Source of the DNA: Candidatus Aenigmatarchaeota archaeon
GTDB taxonomy: Archaea; Aenigmatarchaeota; Aenigmatarchaeia; PWEA01; JACQIF01
Assembly (NCBI GenBank): GCA_016432325.1
Contig: CP066684.1
Span: 160,001 to 224,000 of the forward strand
Reading direction: 5' to 3'
DNA: 64,000 nt
A program made the translations under genes and the position numbers. The notes beneath the pieces are model-generated. The model was not told the DNA's origin. It worked only from the letters and a program-made list of their open reading frames with translations, and ran no database searches. This document shows, one piece after another, positions 39,247 to 47,670 of this stretch (positions within the stretch are counted from its first letter, which is position 1; the number at the start of each line of letters is the position of its first letter).

Positions 39247-39387
39247 CTAGCCGCCTATCCTGTACATTCCTGTGCCGCAGACGGGGCAGACGCCCTTCGT
39301 GGCCTTCTTGCCGTTCTTCATCGTCACGGCCTTGGCGTCCTTCATTTCGCGCTTCTGCTTGCACTTTACGCAATACGCTTCTGTCAT
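39247..39387 (-). CDS. DUF5679-like zinc-ribbon microprotein, 46 aa
   Basis: MTEAYCVKCKQKREMKDAKAVTMKNGKKATKGVCPVCGTGMYRIGG; TATA upstream. Confidence 0.85.
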   Translation of the reverse strand: MTEAYCVKCKQKREMKDAKAVTMKNGKKATKGVCPVCGTGMYRIGG

Positions 39388-39496
39388 GGGAAGGGCTTCG
39401 CCGTGGCGGATATAAAGGCGTGAAAAACGACGCTTTTAAATACCTTTTAAATAGGCGACTGTCCATTAGCAAGGCCGTAGTAGGAGTGCTGACGTT

Positions 39497-39778
39497 ATGT
39501 TGAAGACAAAAGGACCGAGACAGGGCACGCGCAACGCTTTCAGGAAGAACATACGGGAGAAAACAACGGTGAACCAGTTCCTGCGCGCGTTCGCGATAGG
39601 CGACCGCGTGGCCATCGGCGTCGAGCCTGCTTCGCACAGGGCCCTGCCGCACAGGCGCTTCTTGGGCAAGGTCGGCATAGTGATAGGCAAGCGCGGAGAC
39701 GCGTATCTTGTTGAAACGAAGACAGGGGACAAGACGAAGAGAATATTCATAACTCCCGAGCACATCAAGAAATGTTAG
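39497..39778 (+). CDS. rpl21e: 50S ribosomal protein L21e
   Basis: GPRQGTR, GDRV, PHRRFLG, PEHI; pus10-rpl21e-rpo4-DUF655 synteny. Confidence 0.93.
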   Translation: MLKTKGPRQGTRNAFRKNIREKTTVNQFLRAFAIGDRVAIGVEPASHRALPHRRFLGKVGIVIGKRGDAYLVETKTGDKTKRIFITPEHIKKC

Positions 39779-39791
39779 GCGGTGCATTCTA

Positions 39792-40115
39792 ATGGCAGTC
39801 CTATCTGAGCGAGCAGTTTCCGCGCCTGAAGCGCGCGCAGTTCTCGAGAAGAAAGCGTCTTCCGAAGGCGCCACGTACGAGCAGAAGATAGCGCTCGAAC
39901 ACCTGAAGAAGCACGTCAAGTTGTCAGCAGAAGACGCGAAAAAGATGTGGGTAGAGCTTGAAAGTGCCGGACGGCTGACGCCCGAACAGATAGCACAGGT
40001 CATAAACGTCCTTCCCCAGAAACCCGAGGAGGTCAAAGCGTTGTTCTCCAAGGACCGCAGCCTCACAGACGAAGAGATTGCCAGGATAATCGAGGCCGTC
40101 AAGAAGTTTGTTTAG
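39792..40115 (+). CDS. rpo4: RNA polymerase subunit Rpo4 (F)
   Basis: TYEQKIALEH, INVLP...EV; synteny. Confidence 0.9.
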   Translation: MAVLSERAVSAPEARAVLEKKASSEGATYEQKIALEHLKKHVKLSAEDAKKMWVELESAGRLTPEQIAQVINVLPQKPEEVKALFSKDRSLTDEEIARIIEAVKKFV

Positions 40116-40124
40116 GGGTTGTGT

Positions 40125-40688
40125 ATGATGAACGAAAAAGACGAGTGGGCCATAGTTCTTGACTTTCTGCCGCACGGGCACTCGGGGTACGGCAGGCCAG
40201 AGCCTGTTGCAGAGGTTGTGGGAGAGAGGTTCTTCTCGCTCCTCGAAATCGTGCCCAGAGAAGGCGTCGTTCTTACTCTCGGCGACCGCGTGTACATAGG
40301 AGACGGTCCCAGGGACAAGGTGAAGTACGTCAAGCGCGCCCTCAAGCACAGCGACCTGTCGACATCCGCGTCTTCAGAGCTGGAAGAGGTCATCAAGGAC
40401 ATTGTGCGCGAGGCCGAGGAGCGCTTCATTGAATTCTTCAACAACGCGGGCCCTCTCTCCATACGTATGCACTCCCTTGAACTGCTCCCGGGAATGGGCA
40501 AGAAGCACACGTGGGAAGTTCTCGAGGCGCGCAAGGAGAAGCCCTTCGCGTCTTACGAGGACATGAAAGCGCGATGCCCGGCGCTGCCGGAACCGAAGAA
40601 GATGCTGGAAAAAAGGATAATAAAAGAGGTGCGCGGAGAAGACCCTCACCACGCCCTGTTCGTGCGCGCACACGAGATGGAACGATAG
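40125..40688 (+). CDS. DUF655 family protein
   Basis: VLDFLPHG, FSLLE, YIGDGPRDK, FFNNAGP..RMHSLELLPG. Confidence 0.92.
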   Translation: MMNEKDEWAIVLDFLPHGHSGYGRPEPVAEVVGERFFSLLEIVPREGVVLTLGDRVYIGDGPRDKVKYVKRALKHSDLSTSASSELEEVIKDIVREAEERFIEFFNNAGPLSIRMHSLELLPGMGKKHTWEVLEARKEKPFASYEDMKARCPALPEPKKMLEKRIIKEVRGEDPHHALFVRAHEMER

Positions 40689-40689
40689 T

Positions 40690-40788
40690 TCAGCAGCATC
40701 CGCCTGAGCCGCAATTACAGCTCCCGCCGCATCCCTTGGCTTCGTTCGATTCTTCGGCCTGCTTCTTCTTCTGTTTTTGCGTAGCCAT
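40690..40788 (-). CDS. Cys/Gly-rich micropeptide, 32 aa
   Basis: MATQKQKKKQAEESNEAKGCGGSCNCGSGGCC; GGAGGAG RBS and TTATTTAA TATA upstream. Confidence 0.7.
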   Translation of the reverse strand: MATQKQKKKQAEESNEAKGCGGSCNCGSGGCC

Positions 40789-40822
40789 ACGTCTCCTCCC
40801 CATCCGCTTCCTTAAATAACCA

Positions 40823-41443
40823 TTAGCGCACGACGCGCGCTTTCTTCAGGCTTTTTTCTATCAGCGCATCAACGCCGATCTTTTCCTCCTCTTCCAGCAC
40901 GTCGTCCAGCTCGGCCTTGGTGTTCGGATGCTCAGGCCCCAGCGCGTCGCAGTGCTCCGGTCCTGCGGAGATTTCGAACGTCCCTATCTCGCGCGCGACG
41001 CGCACGATGTCGTTCTTCTCGTTCGTCAGCAACGGACGCAGAACCGGCATCGAGACGGCCTGCTCTATGACGCTGAGATTGTATAGCGTCTGGGAAGAGA
41101 CCTGTCCGAGGTTTTCGCCCGTAACAAGAAACGTGCACTTCTCCTTCGCGGCCAAACGCTCGGCCACGCGCAGCATGAGTCTCTTCTGCAATACGAAATA
41201 CAGGCTGTGTTGCGCTTCAGACGCGAGCTTGGCGAAGGCGTCGTTGACGTCTACGACGTACAGGCGGACGCCGAGTTTCTTTGCAAGGCGTTTCGTCTTG
41301 TCCGTGGGCTCTTTGGACGTGAACGCTTCGTGAGCGAAATGAACGGCCGTGAGCGCGTAGCCCTTTCTCAGCATCGCGTGCGCGGCCACAGGAGAGTCTA
41401 TTCCGCCGCTCAGGAGGACGAGTCCGCGGTCTTTCTTTTGCAT
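40823..41443 (-). CDS. ThiI-like PP-loop protein lacking the THUMP domain
   Basis: LLSGGIDSPVA, TGENLGQVSSQT, LRPL, IGTFE; only 206 aa. Confidence 0.85.
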   Translation of the reverse strand: MQKKDRGLVLLSGGIDSPVAAHAMLRKGYALTAVHFAHEAFTSKEPTDKTKRLAKKLGVRLYVVDVNDAFAKLASEAQHSLYFVLQKRLMLRVAERLAAKEKCTFLVTGENLGQVSSQTLYNLSVIEQAVSMPVLRPLLTNEKNDIVRVAREIGTFEISAGPEHCDALGPEHPNTKAELDDVLEEEEKIGVDALIEKSLKKARVVR

Positions 41444-41467
41444 AGGAAGAACTGTCAGGAGGCCTTC

Positions 41468-42328
41468 TTAAACCTGCGCTAGCTGAGGGTCTATCTCTGC
41501 CCTGTACGTGACAGCCCTGCCTGCCTCGAGGAGTATGTAACCCGGTCTTTCCGACAGTTCGCCGTCGTGTTCAGAACTCGACAGAGCAGTGACAGGCTCA
41601 ATGCATACCTGCTTCTGCCCTTCGGGGGCCCATACCATCGTGTTGCCGAAGTCCGAGGATATCTCGACTGTTCTATCGACTCCCTTGTACAAGGCGCTAT
41701 TACTTCCCGGGAACTTGATGCATCCATTGGCTGCAGTCTTGCGCCTCGTATTGAGAAGAGTCCAAGGACCCGTTCCTGCGTCTATGGTCTCTTGCAAGTC
41801 GCGTCCTGACGTTCGGAACGCAGGATGCCAGCCCGCGGCGTAGGGCATCGGTTCTCTCGATGTGTTCGTTATCTGCAATTTCATCGAGAGCTCTCCACTA
41901 CGCAGGGCGTACTTCTTAGTCGCCGCGAAGCTGAAAGGGAAGATCGAGTGCACGTTAGGATTCTTCCTGCTCGGTACAGGCGTGCCGGCATCGTAGTGCG
42001 CCGCGAATATTGCATAATCGTCTCCTGTGTCGTCCGTGTCAGGTATCCAGTCCAAATCCCTCAAAAGGCCGTGCTGCTGCATCGGGTAGCGCGTGCCGCC
42101 TATCGTTATTGCGTCGTCGCGGCTCGGCCCGACTGTCGGACCCATGAGAACCTCGCTGTTTTGCCATCCCGTGCGCTCTTCGGCGGTCGGGTCCGGAGAG
42201 CCTCCGCCCCACATGAACTCGACGGGTTTGCCGTCTGCGTTCCTGCGCGCAAGGCTGTACAACTGCGCGTTCAGCTCGTTAATCTCCGCCGCCAGGTCGC
42301 CCTTTTCCAATCTAATCGCACTTAGCAT
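41468..42328 (-). CDS. aldose 1-epimerase family protein
   Basis: QHGLLR, FPFSF, GWHPAF, VCIEP. Confidence 0.8.
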   Translation of the reverse strand: MLSAIRLEKGDLAAEINELNAQLYSLARRNADGKPVEFMWGGGSPDPTAEERTGWQNSEVLMGPTVGPSRDDAITIGGTRYPMQQHGLLRDLDWIPDTDDTGDDYAIFAAHYDAGTPVPSRKNPNVHSIFPFSFAATKKYALRSGELSMKLQITNTSREPMPYAAGWHPAFRTSGRDLQETIDAGTGPWTLLNTRRKTAANGCIKFPGSNSALYKGVDRTVEISSDFGNTMVWAPEGQKQVCIEPVTALSSSEHDGELSERPGYILLEAGRAVTYRAEIDPQLAQV

Positions 42329-42444
42329 ACCCGCACCCGTTACTGTTACATGGTGACTAATAACTATATAAACCCCTGCCGGGTCCAGGCGGCCTCGTCG
42401 CGGGCTTTTGCAACCTTTATAAAACCCTTCCTGCATGAGACTGC

Positions 42445-42912
42445 ATGGGACGCGTAAAGGACAACAAATACGTCGAGATGATGATGCGGGACATCACGAC
42501 GTTCGGCGGCGGCTTCTTCACGTTCTTCCTCGCTGTTCTGCTGTTCATAGTGGGCAAGGGCACGGTGGCAGAGCGGCTCGTGCTTGGATTCCCCTTAATC
42601 TATCCTATTACGGCGCTGATACGGCTCGTCTACTACAAGAAGAGGCCCAAGCCGGAAACGCACACGAACTTTATAGAATGGATAGATTCGTCGTCCTTCC
42701 CGAGCATCCACGCGGCCAACTCGTTCTACATGGCTTTCGTGCTGCACAGCGCGTTCGCCTCGAACCCAGCCTCGCTGTTCCTGTTCTTTTTGGCCGCGTT
42801 TGTGGGATACACGCGCATCTACTTCAAAAAGCACTATCCCGTCGACGTCGCGGGCGGAGCCGTTCTCGGCTTGGCGCTGTCGTATTTAACCGTCAACTAC
42901 GTAGTCCTCTAG
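42445..42912 (+). CDS. PAP2 family phosphatase
   Basis: KKRP, SFPSIH, TRIYFKKHYPVDV. Confidence 0.9.
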   Translation: MGRVKDNKYVEMMMRDITTFGGGFFTFFLAVLLFIVGKGTVAERLVLGFPLIYPITALIRLVYYKKRPKPETHTNFIEWIDSSSFPSIHAANSFYMAFVLHSAFASNPASLFLFFLAAFVGYTRIYFKKHYPVDVAGGAVLGLALSYLTVNYVVL

Positions 42913-42915
42913 GGT

Positions 42916-43395
42916 GTGGCCATGGAGATAGAACTCAGGAGAAGAATCTATGCTACGTTTGCCAATACGGCCGCCGGGCTGGGCTACTCTGAAGTCCACG
43001 GCAAGATAATCGGATGCTTGCTGATAACCCCGAATCCCGTTTCGCTGGCCACGCTCGCGAAGGAAACGGGCTACTCGGCCTCGATGATATCTCTGAGCCT
43101 TGATTTTCTGGAAAATCTCGGCATGATAGAACGCGTAAAGCACCACGGAGACCGTCGTTTGTTCGTCCGCACGAAGGGCGACCTCATGCAGGCCGTGAAG
43201 CGGGCCGTACAGGTCAAGCTCGAACGTTCTATAACAGACAGCCGGAAGGAGTTTGAAGCCTACAGGCGCGAGATAAAGGGACTGCCGGATTCTGAACAGA
43301 AAGGCCTGATGCTCGAGCGCGTGAGCGTTCTGGAAAAAGAAATGAAAAGGTTCGAGAGGTATGTCCGCCTCGTGGGCAAGATACGCCCTCCGTGA
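42916..43395 (+). CDS. GbsR/MarR-type transcriptional regulator
   Basis: GKIIGCL..P.SL..LA..TGYS..IS wHTH, GDRR. Confidence 0.85.
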   Translation: MAMEIELRRRIYATFANTAAGLGYSEVHGKIIGCLLITPNPVSLATLAKETGYSASMISLSLDFLENLGMIERVKHHGDRRLFVRTKGDLMQAVKRAVQVKLERSITDSRKEFEAYRREIKGLPDSEQKGLMLERVSVLEKEMKRFERYVRLVGKIRPP

Positions 43396-43399
43396 CGTA

Positions 43400-43816
43400 T
43401 CAAAGAACCGCGGGTGCCCAGACGAGTATGTAGCCCATCAGGAGCAGCGCAACCAGATGGAAGGCCACGTCCAGCGCGTACAGCTGAAGAGGCTTGCCCT
43501 CCCATAGGACTTTGCCCAGCTGCACAGGCGCGATGAAACCGAGCCATGCCCACGCGCCTATCATCATGCCGCCGGCCGCGCTCGTGACGCCGGTAAGAGT
43601 GATGAACAGGCCGAGAACGAATGCCATCACGACAGAGCCTAAAATGGACGCCACGTACGCGGGGCTCATGTTTTTCTTCTTGGCGACCTTTACTTGCTTA
43701 TTCGTTATGCCGCTGAGTTTCATCCAGATCTTGCCGAAGAGCGGTCCGTACCACAGCATGCCAAGAACGAAGCTTGCCAGAGCGGCTATCGCAACCGCCA
43801 CGTATGTTATTGCCAT
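43400..43816 (-). CDS. DUF1761 family membrane protein
   Basis: LGMLWYGPLFGKIW, WLGF..P, WEGKP. Confidence 0.88.
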   Translation of the reverse strand: MAITYVAVAIAALASFVLGMLWYGPLFGKIWMKLSGITNKQVKVAKKKNMSPAYVASILGSVVMAFVLGLFITLTGVTSAAGGMMIGAWAWLGFIAPVQLGKVLWEGKPLQLYALDVAFHLVALLLMGYILVWAPAVL

Positions 43817-43876
43817 GGCCTAGGTGCGGAAGGGCGGTATATAAATATCATTAACGGCAATCTCATCTGTGATATT

Positions 43877-44173
43877 ATGGCAATTCTGGACCCTGCAAAG
43901 GCTCTGATAGAGCTGAAAGAGAAAACCATGAATGATATAGAACGCGCCACAGCGACGACGTGGGGAGGTCGTGCCCTTGCGAGCTTCAAGCTCGTTGCCG
44001 AACAGGCGAGCCTCATGGAAAAATTCAGGCACTTCTACGAAGCAGAGAACTATCGTCAAGAGGCCCTCGAACACGCGTCGATGACAGAAGACCGCGGCGC
44101 GCTGCTCGTCCAGATACACGATGAAATCGAAGAGGAGCGCCAGAAGGCCTTGAAGCTTCTGAAAGGCGAGTAA
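43877..44173 (+). CDS. hypothetical helical protein
   Basis: MAILDP..WGGRALA..EALEHA; TATA at about 43838-43846. Confidence 0.7.
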   Translation: MAILDPAKALIELKEKTMNDIERATATTWGGRALASFKLVAEQASLMEKFRHFYEAENYRQEALEHASMTEDRGALLVQIHDEIEEERQKALKLLKGE

Positions 44174-44187
44174 GCGTCCCCCAAAGG

Positions 44188-44195
44188 TATTTAAG
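44188..44195 (+). promoter_or_regulatory. TATA box of tRNA-Trp
   Basis: TATTTAAG, same sequence as the SRP RNA promoter. Confidence 0.6.
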
Positions 44196-44220
44196 TCATA
44201 TTCACGTTCTCGGGTTTGGA

Positions 44221-44404
44221 GGGGCCATAGGATAACCCGGCAGTCCTGCCGGCTCCAGTTGGCGCAACTGGCGCGCTGAGTCTCCGGACGATGACAAGGA
44301 AGATACCGGCTAGTCCCGGTTCAAACCGGGCTTTCTTTAAAAAGAAAGCACGGGTGCAAAGAAACTCCGCTTTCCAGCACATGAGAATCCGGGTGGCCCC
44401 ACCA
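44221..44404 (+). tRNA. tRNA-Trp(CCA) with introns at 37/38 (44259-44304) and 59/60 (44326-44387)
   Basis: Acceptor GGGGCCA/TGGCCCC+ACCA, anticodon stem GCCGG/CCGGC, T stem CCCGG/CCGGG; 76 nt after removing 46+62 nt. Confidence 0.9.
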
Positions 44405-44471
44405 AAACGACGGGATATAGATATCTGCATGTTTTTGAACGCTTTTATTTTCTCACTGATCTGATTTAGAT

Positions 44472-44906
44472 ATGTATATTTTTGTGAGTTATTCAAAAGA
44501 AGGACTGAATTATGCTTCTATAGTAAAAAATAAACTAGCAGGAAAACAGCATATCACATTCCTATCTCATGATGAATCTTATGGAGGGTCTGAAGCATGG
44601 ACGCAAATTAGCGAAGCGTTGTACAATGCTAGGGTTGTTATATTCGTTGTGACAGAGAGTAGTCAAACATCCGATGGTCAAACGGCTGAATTCAATGCTA
44701 CAATGAATAACGCCAAACCCTACATTCCATTTATCAAGGACGGTATTGTGTTAAAACAGTTCTATATTATGACAGCTCGAAATCATATTAAATTCAATGA
44801 TTCCAACATTTCTGACAAAACGGACGAGCTTACTAGTTCTATAGAACGAATGAATATCTCCGAAGGCGATGCAATGGCAGTAAAACTTTCAAATGGTGAT
44901 AACTAA
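44472..44906 (+). CDS. TIR-domain protein
   Basis: IFVSYS, W..I.EAL..ARVVIFVVT..S..S....E (Glu73 at the usual catalytic position), YIPF. Confidence 0.85.
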   Translation: MYIFVSYSKEGLNYASIVKNKLAGKQHITFLSHDESYGGSEAWTQISEALYNARVVIFVVTESSQTSDGQTAEFNATMNNAKPYIPFIKDGIVLKQFYIMTARNHIKFNDSNISDKTDELTSSIERMNISEGDAMAVKLSNGDN

Positions 44907-45661
44907 TGGATTCTGTTGATGTTGGCAAGATAGAAACTTTTGTACATCAGATGTTGCAAGCGTACAATCACACTGCATTGTTGGATAGTATCGCCTCTGT
45001 CATAAGTTTTAATCCGGAAATACATGAGCAACTTGAATTGTCTCAAATAGGTAAGCGAACAGGTATACCGCGTAGATTCTTTTTTACTAATGACAACGTC
45101 GATAACAGTATGGTAGCAGCAGATTTTGCCCGTGCTATTGTTGCAGGAGAAAGAAACTTCTTTTTACACGAAATAGAAAAAAGCTCAGTTGTTGTTAATA
45201 TTTCAGGTTTCACCTACGAATCGATATTAAATGTAATGAGAACAATAGATAATCCAACGGATATGTTCATTCCCATAGAACCATTTTTTAACAACTTCTA
45301 CACGTGGAATAAACCCAACCATGAAAGAATACGTTTCGAATATATGAAAGAGCCAATACTACTAGCCGGTAATCAAGAAATAAGAGTACATTGGCTAACA
45401 ACAGACACTGGATTTACAGAGATTTTTATTACGAATCGCAAAGGTATTTCTTTGGCACGTAAGGAGTTCAAAGACGCCTCAACTCCGAAGGATTTTGATA
45501 TTATACCCGAGATGAATTATATCTCTCCTAAGGAGAAGTTGATGGTTTACTTCGGTAAGTCTAAGAAAACCGCAGATGACTTTGACCTAGTGATAAGAAC
45601 GATTGTCTCAAATCCCGTTGTTAATCCCAACGCCGCACTGAAAATAAGTGTTGATTCTTAA
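44906..45661 (+). CDS. hypothetical protein with HK97 capsid/encapsulin-like sequence pattern
   Basis: Spine-helix-like DFARAIVAGERNFFL, PTDMFIP, C-term FDLVIRTIVSNPVVNPNAALKISV; TAATG overlap with TIR gene; fold is inference. Confidence 0.55.
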   Translation: MDSVDVGKIETFVHQMLQAYNHTALLDSIASVISFNPEIHEQLELSQIGKRTGIPRRFFFTNDNVDNSMVAADFARAIVAGERNFFLHEIEKSSVVVNISGFTYESILNVMRTIDNPTDMFIPIEPFFNNFYTWNKPNHERIRFEYMKEPILLAGNQEIRVHWLTTDTGFTEIFITNRKGISLARKEFKDASTPKDFDIIPEMNYISPKEKLMVYFGKSKKTADDFDLVIRTIVSNPVVNPNAALKISVDS

Positions 45662-45784
45662 CATCTTCTTCCAATACCAAAGCTTACTCCTAGAGATCCC
45701 TAGTGCCCGCGCCTCTGAGGACAAATAAATACCTTACTCTAGGGTGGGGTAACCTTTATATATTCCAAAGTTCGTTTAACCGGT

Positions 45785-46171
45785 ATGAAGTTAGAGCTGA
45801 TCATACCGGAGATATACAAAAACTCGACTGAGATACATGAACTCCAACAACTGTCGGATGACGTCAAATCCAACAAAATTAAGGTGTCCGTTAAGATCGT
45901 GGATGTCCCCGAAGCGGAGACTATTAAAATGCAACGAATGATGACTCCATCCATTCTACATAAAATTGGGATTAAACAAACGCAGAAAACAAAGAACCTT
46001 TATCCTACCCTTCTCGTTTGTGACGACGATGGAAAAGTGATCACGTTCTATCCGCAGAAAAGAAGAGGACGAGATGGCGGCGAGATAAGCATCAAAGAAT
46101 TTCTTAGGAGCTTCGTTAAAGGTAGGATTGTTGCGTTGCATGAGAAAAATACGTTAGAATCGTTGATGTGA
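45785..46171 (+). CDS. hypothetical protein (possible thioredoxin-like fold)
   Basis: TATA CTTTATATA upstream; YPTLLV..DGKVITFYP. Confidence 0.6.
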   Translation: MKLELIIPEIYKNSTEIHELQQLSDDVKSNKIKVSVKIVDVPEAETIKMQRMMTPSILHKIGIKQTQKTKNLYPTLLVCDDDGKVITFYPQKRRGRDGGEISIKEFLRSFVKGRIVALHEKNTLESLM

Positions 46172-46172
46172 T

Positions 46173-46799
46173 ATGACTTGGAATTCCATAATTGAAGCTA
46201 CGGTTAGCGGGGTTGCCGCTGCGCTAATCTCTGCCATAATCATATTTGTAGCTAAAGCTACTCTGGGAAGAAAGTTAAAAGAAAGGTCAATTAAAACAGA
46301 GGTTCCCGACGTCTCTGGTTCTGTGTTAAACAATCCATTTTTAATATCTTTGTCCCTTACATCATTCGCTGTTGTACTAACCTTTTTTAGCATGGTCTAT
46401 TCGTGGCAAACTTTTAGTTATATTTATCTAACTGTTGCAGATTTTGTGCTTGGTATTGTAACTTATTGGATATACAATAACCAATGTCCGAACTGCAATA
46501 GAATTTTTACAAAGCGGTTACTTAACAAGGAAATATTGAAAGAAGAAAGAAGACCATATACATATAGAGATTATACGATTTATCTGTATGCAGATGGTTC
46601 CGAAAAAGACCGAAAATATCATGGCGCAGAAAAAACTAAAATGGAAACATGGAGAACCGAGAGAGAGTTTTATGAATGCTATGGGTGTACTCACGAATGG
46701 GAACGCTTATTCGAAAGAAACTTAGATCTCAGCAATAGGCCTAGACCGAATCTCATTAGAACTAAATACAATCAGCCAACCATCTTTGACAATTATTGA
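46173..46799 (+). CDS. membrane protein with C-terminal zinc ribbon
   Basis: 3 TM, then CPNC...CYGCTHEW. Confidence 0.7.
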   Translation: MTWNSIIEATVSGVAAALISAIIIFVAKATLGRKLKERSIKTEVPDVSGSVLNNPFLISLSLTSFAVVLTFFSMVYSWQTFSYIYLTVADFVLGIVTYWIYNNQCPNCNRIFTKRLLNKEILKEERRPYTYRDYTIYLYADGSEKDRKYHGAEKTKMETWRTEREFYECYGCTHEWERLFERNLDLSNRPRPNLIRTKYNQPTIFDNY

Positions 46800-46811
46800 G
46801 TTTCGGCAGTT

Positions 46812-47189
46812 TTATTTGAAAGGCAACTCCTTTACATTATTGCCGTAAACCATTCCATCATTATCAATAAACGTGGCATTGATTAATATCGTGGACCCCT
46901 TAAACTTTTTCAAGTTACTGCAGGGAAACACGCCATTGGGACTTTCCATTACATTCAACTCGCCAGAACAGACAATCACAGATTCGGAAGTGGCCTCGAC
47001 ATTAACTTTACATATGGGGGTTTGTGCAATCGCTGCTAGCGGGGGCGGTACTTTACTAAACCCCATTATCATTTTGTCTGAACAGGAAATGGCTATACCG
47101 GGCGTTGTGAATAAGATTGTGTATGAAATTCCCAATAAGGTCACCAGTGCAAATAGCACCACCAATCTCATTTCAGATTTTTTAGCCAT
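46812..47189 (-). CDS. hypothetical membrane-anchored protein
   Basis: AAGGAG RBS, N-terminal TM, four Cys. Confidence 0.6.
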   Translation of the reverse strand: MAKKSEMRLVVLFALVTLLGISYTILFTTPGIAISCSDKMIMGFSKVPPPLAAIAQTPICKVNVEATSESVIVCSGELNVMESPNGVFPCSNLKKFKGSTILINATFIDNDGMVYGNNVKELPFK

Positions 47190-47199
47190 AGTATCTCCT

Positions 47200-47517
47200 T
47201 TAGGTAAACGCTCCTAATATAAGAAATGTCCCGTACACGGATAAATTTAAAACAAACGCTAAAGCCGTGGATATTATACACACATCTAGCATTCTATAAT
47301 ATATGCTTAGAAGACTTTTACGATAAAGTCTTTTGCTATGGAGAATTATTTGGATGAAAATTAATAACATCCAAAGGAAAACTAAAACAAATAAACTTCC
47401 TCTGATTAGCCCGAATGAAAACAAATTCGAAGTGGCTGGCACGATTCCTAAAATTCCGATAAAAAGGCTTATCAATATGCCAAACCGTTCGGTCGGTTGT
47501 TTTTCAGCGTTGCTCAT
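47200..47517 (-). CDS. hypothetical 3-TM membrane protein
   Basis: Hydrophobic ORF; TATA-like TTTAAGTA upstream. Confidence 0.55.
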   Translation of the reverse strand: MSNAEKQPTERFGILISLFIGILGIVPATSNLFSFGLIRGSLFVLVFLWMLLIFIQIILHSKRLYRKSLLSIYYRMLDVCIISTALAFVLNLSVYGTFLILGAFT

Positions 47518-47626
47518 CTACTGATCACATATGACTAGGAATCTTATACTTAAAGAATTCAAAAACATGGAGATGTCTATATCCCCACCAATTTCCCAGC
47601 CCTCCATAGCCCCCGCTAAATCAATC

Positions 47627-47670
47627 AAAAATAAAGAAAAAGCTAGAGTCAACGCTGAGCGCAACTCTAG
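47627..47670 (-). terminator. hairpin plus U-tract terminator
   Basis: CTAGAGT/ACTCTAG stem overlapping the stop, followed by TTTTTCTTTATTTTT on the minus strand. Confidence 0.65.

Larger units (their letters stand above)
44405..47591. mobile_element. AT-rich genomic island downstream of tRNA-Trp (no integrase seen)
   Basis: Abrupt compositional shift; CCCCACCAA at 44397-44405 repeated at 47583-47591. Confidence 0.6.

Noticed and set aside
44191-44496. 101-aa minus-strand ORF
   Set aside because: Antisense to tRNA-Trp, with no protein features
44472-45661. Canonical Thoeris, CBASS or prophage call
   Set aside because: No SIR2/Macro/SLOG effector, cyclase, integrase, terminase or portal gene seen
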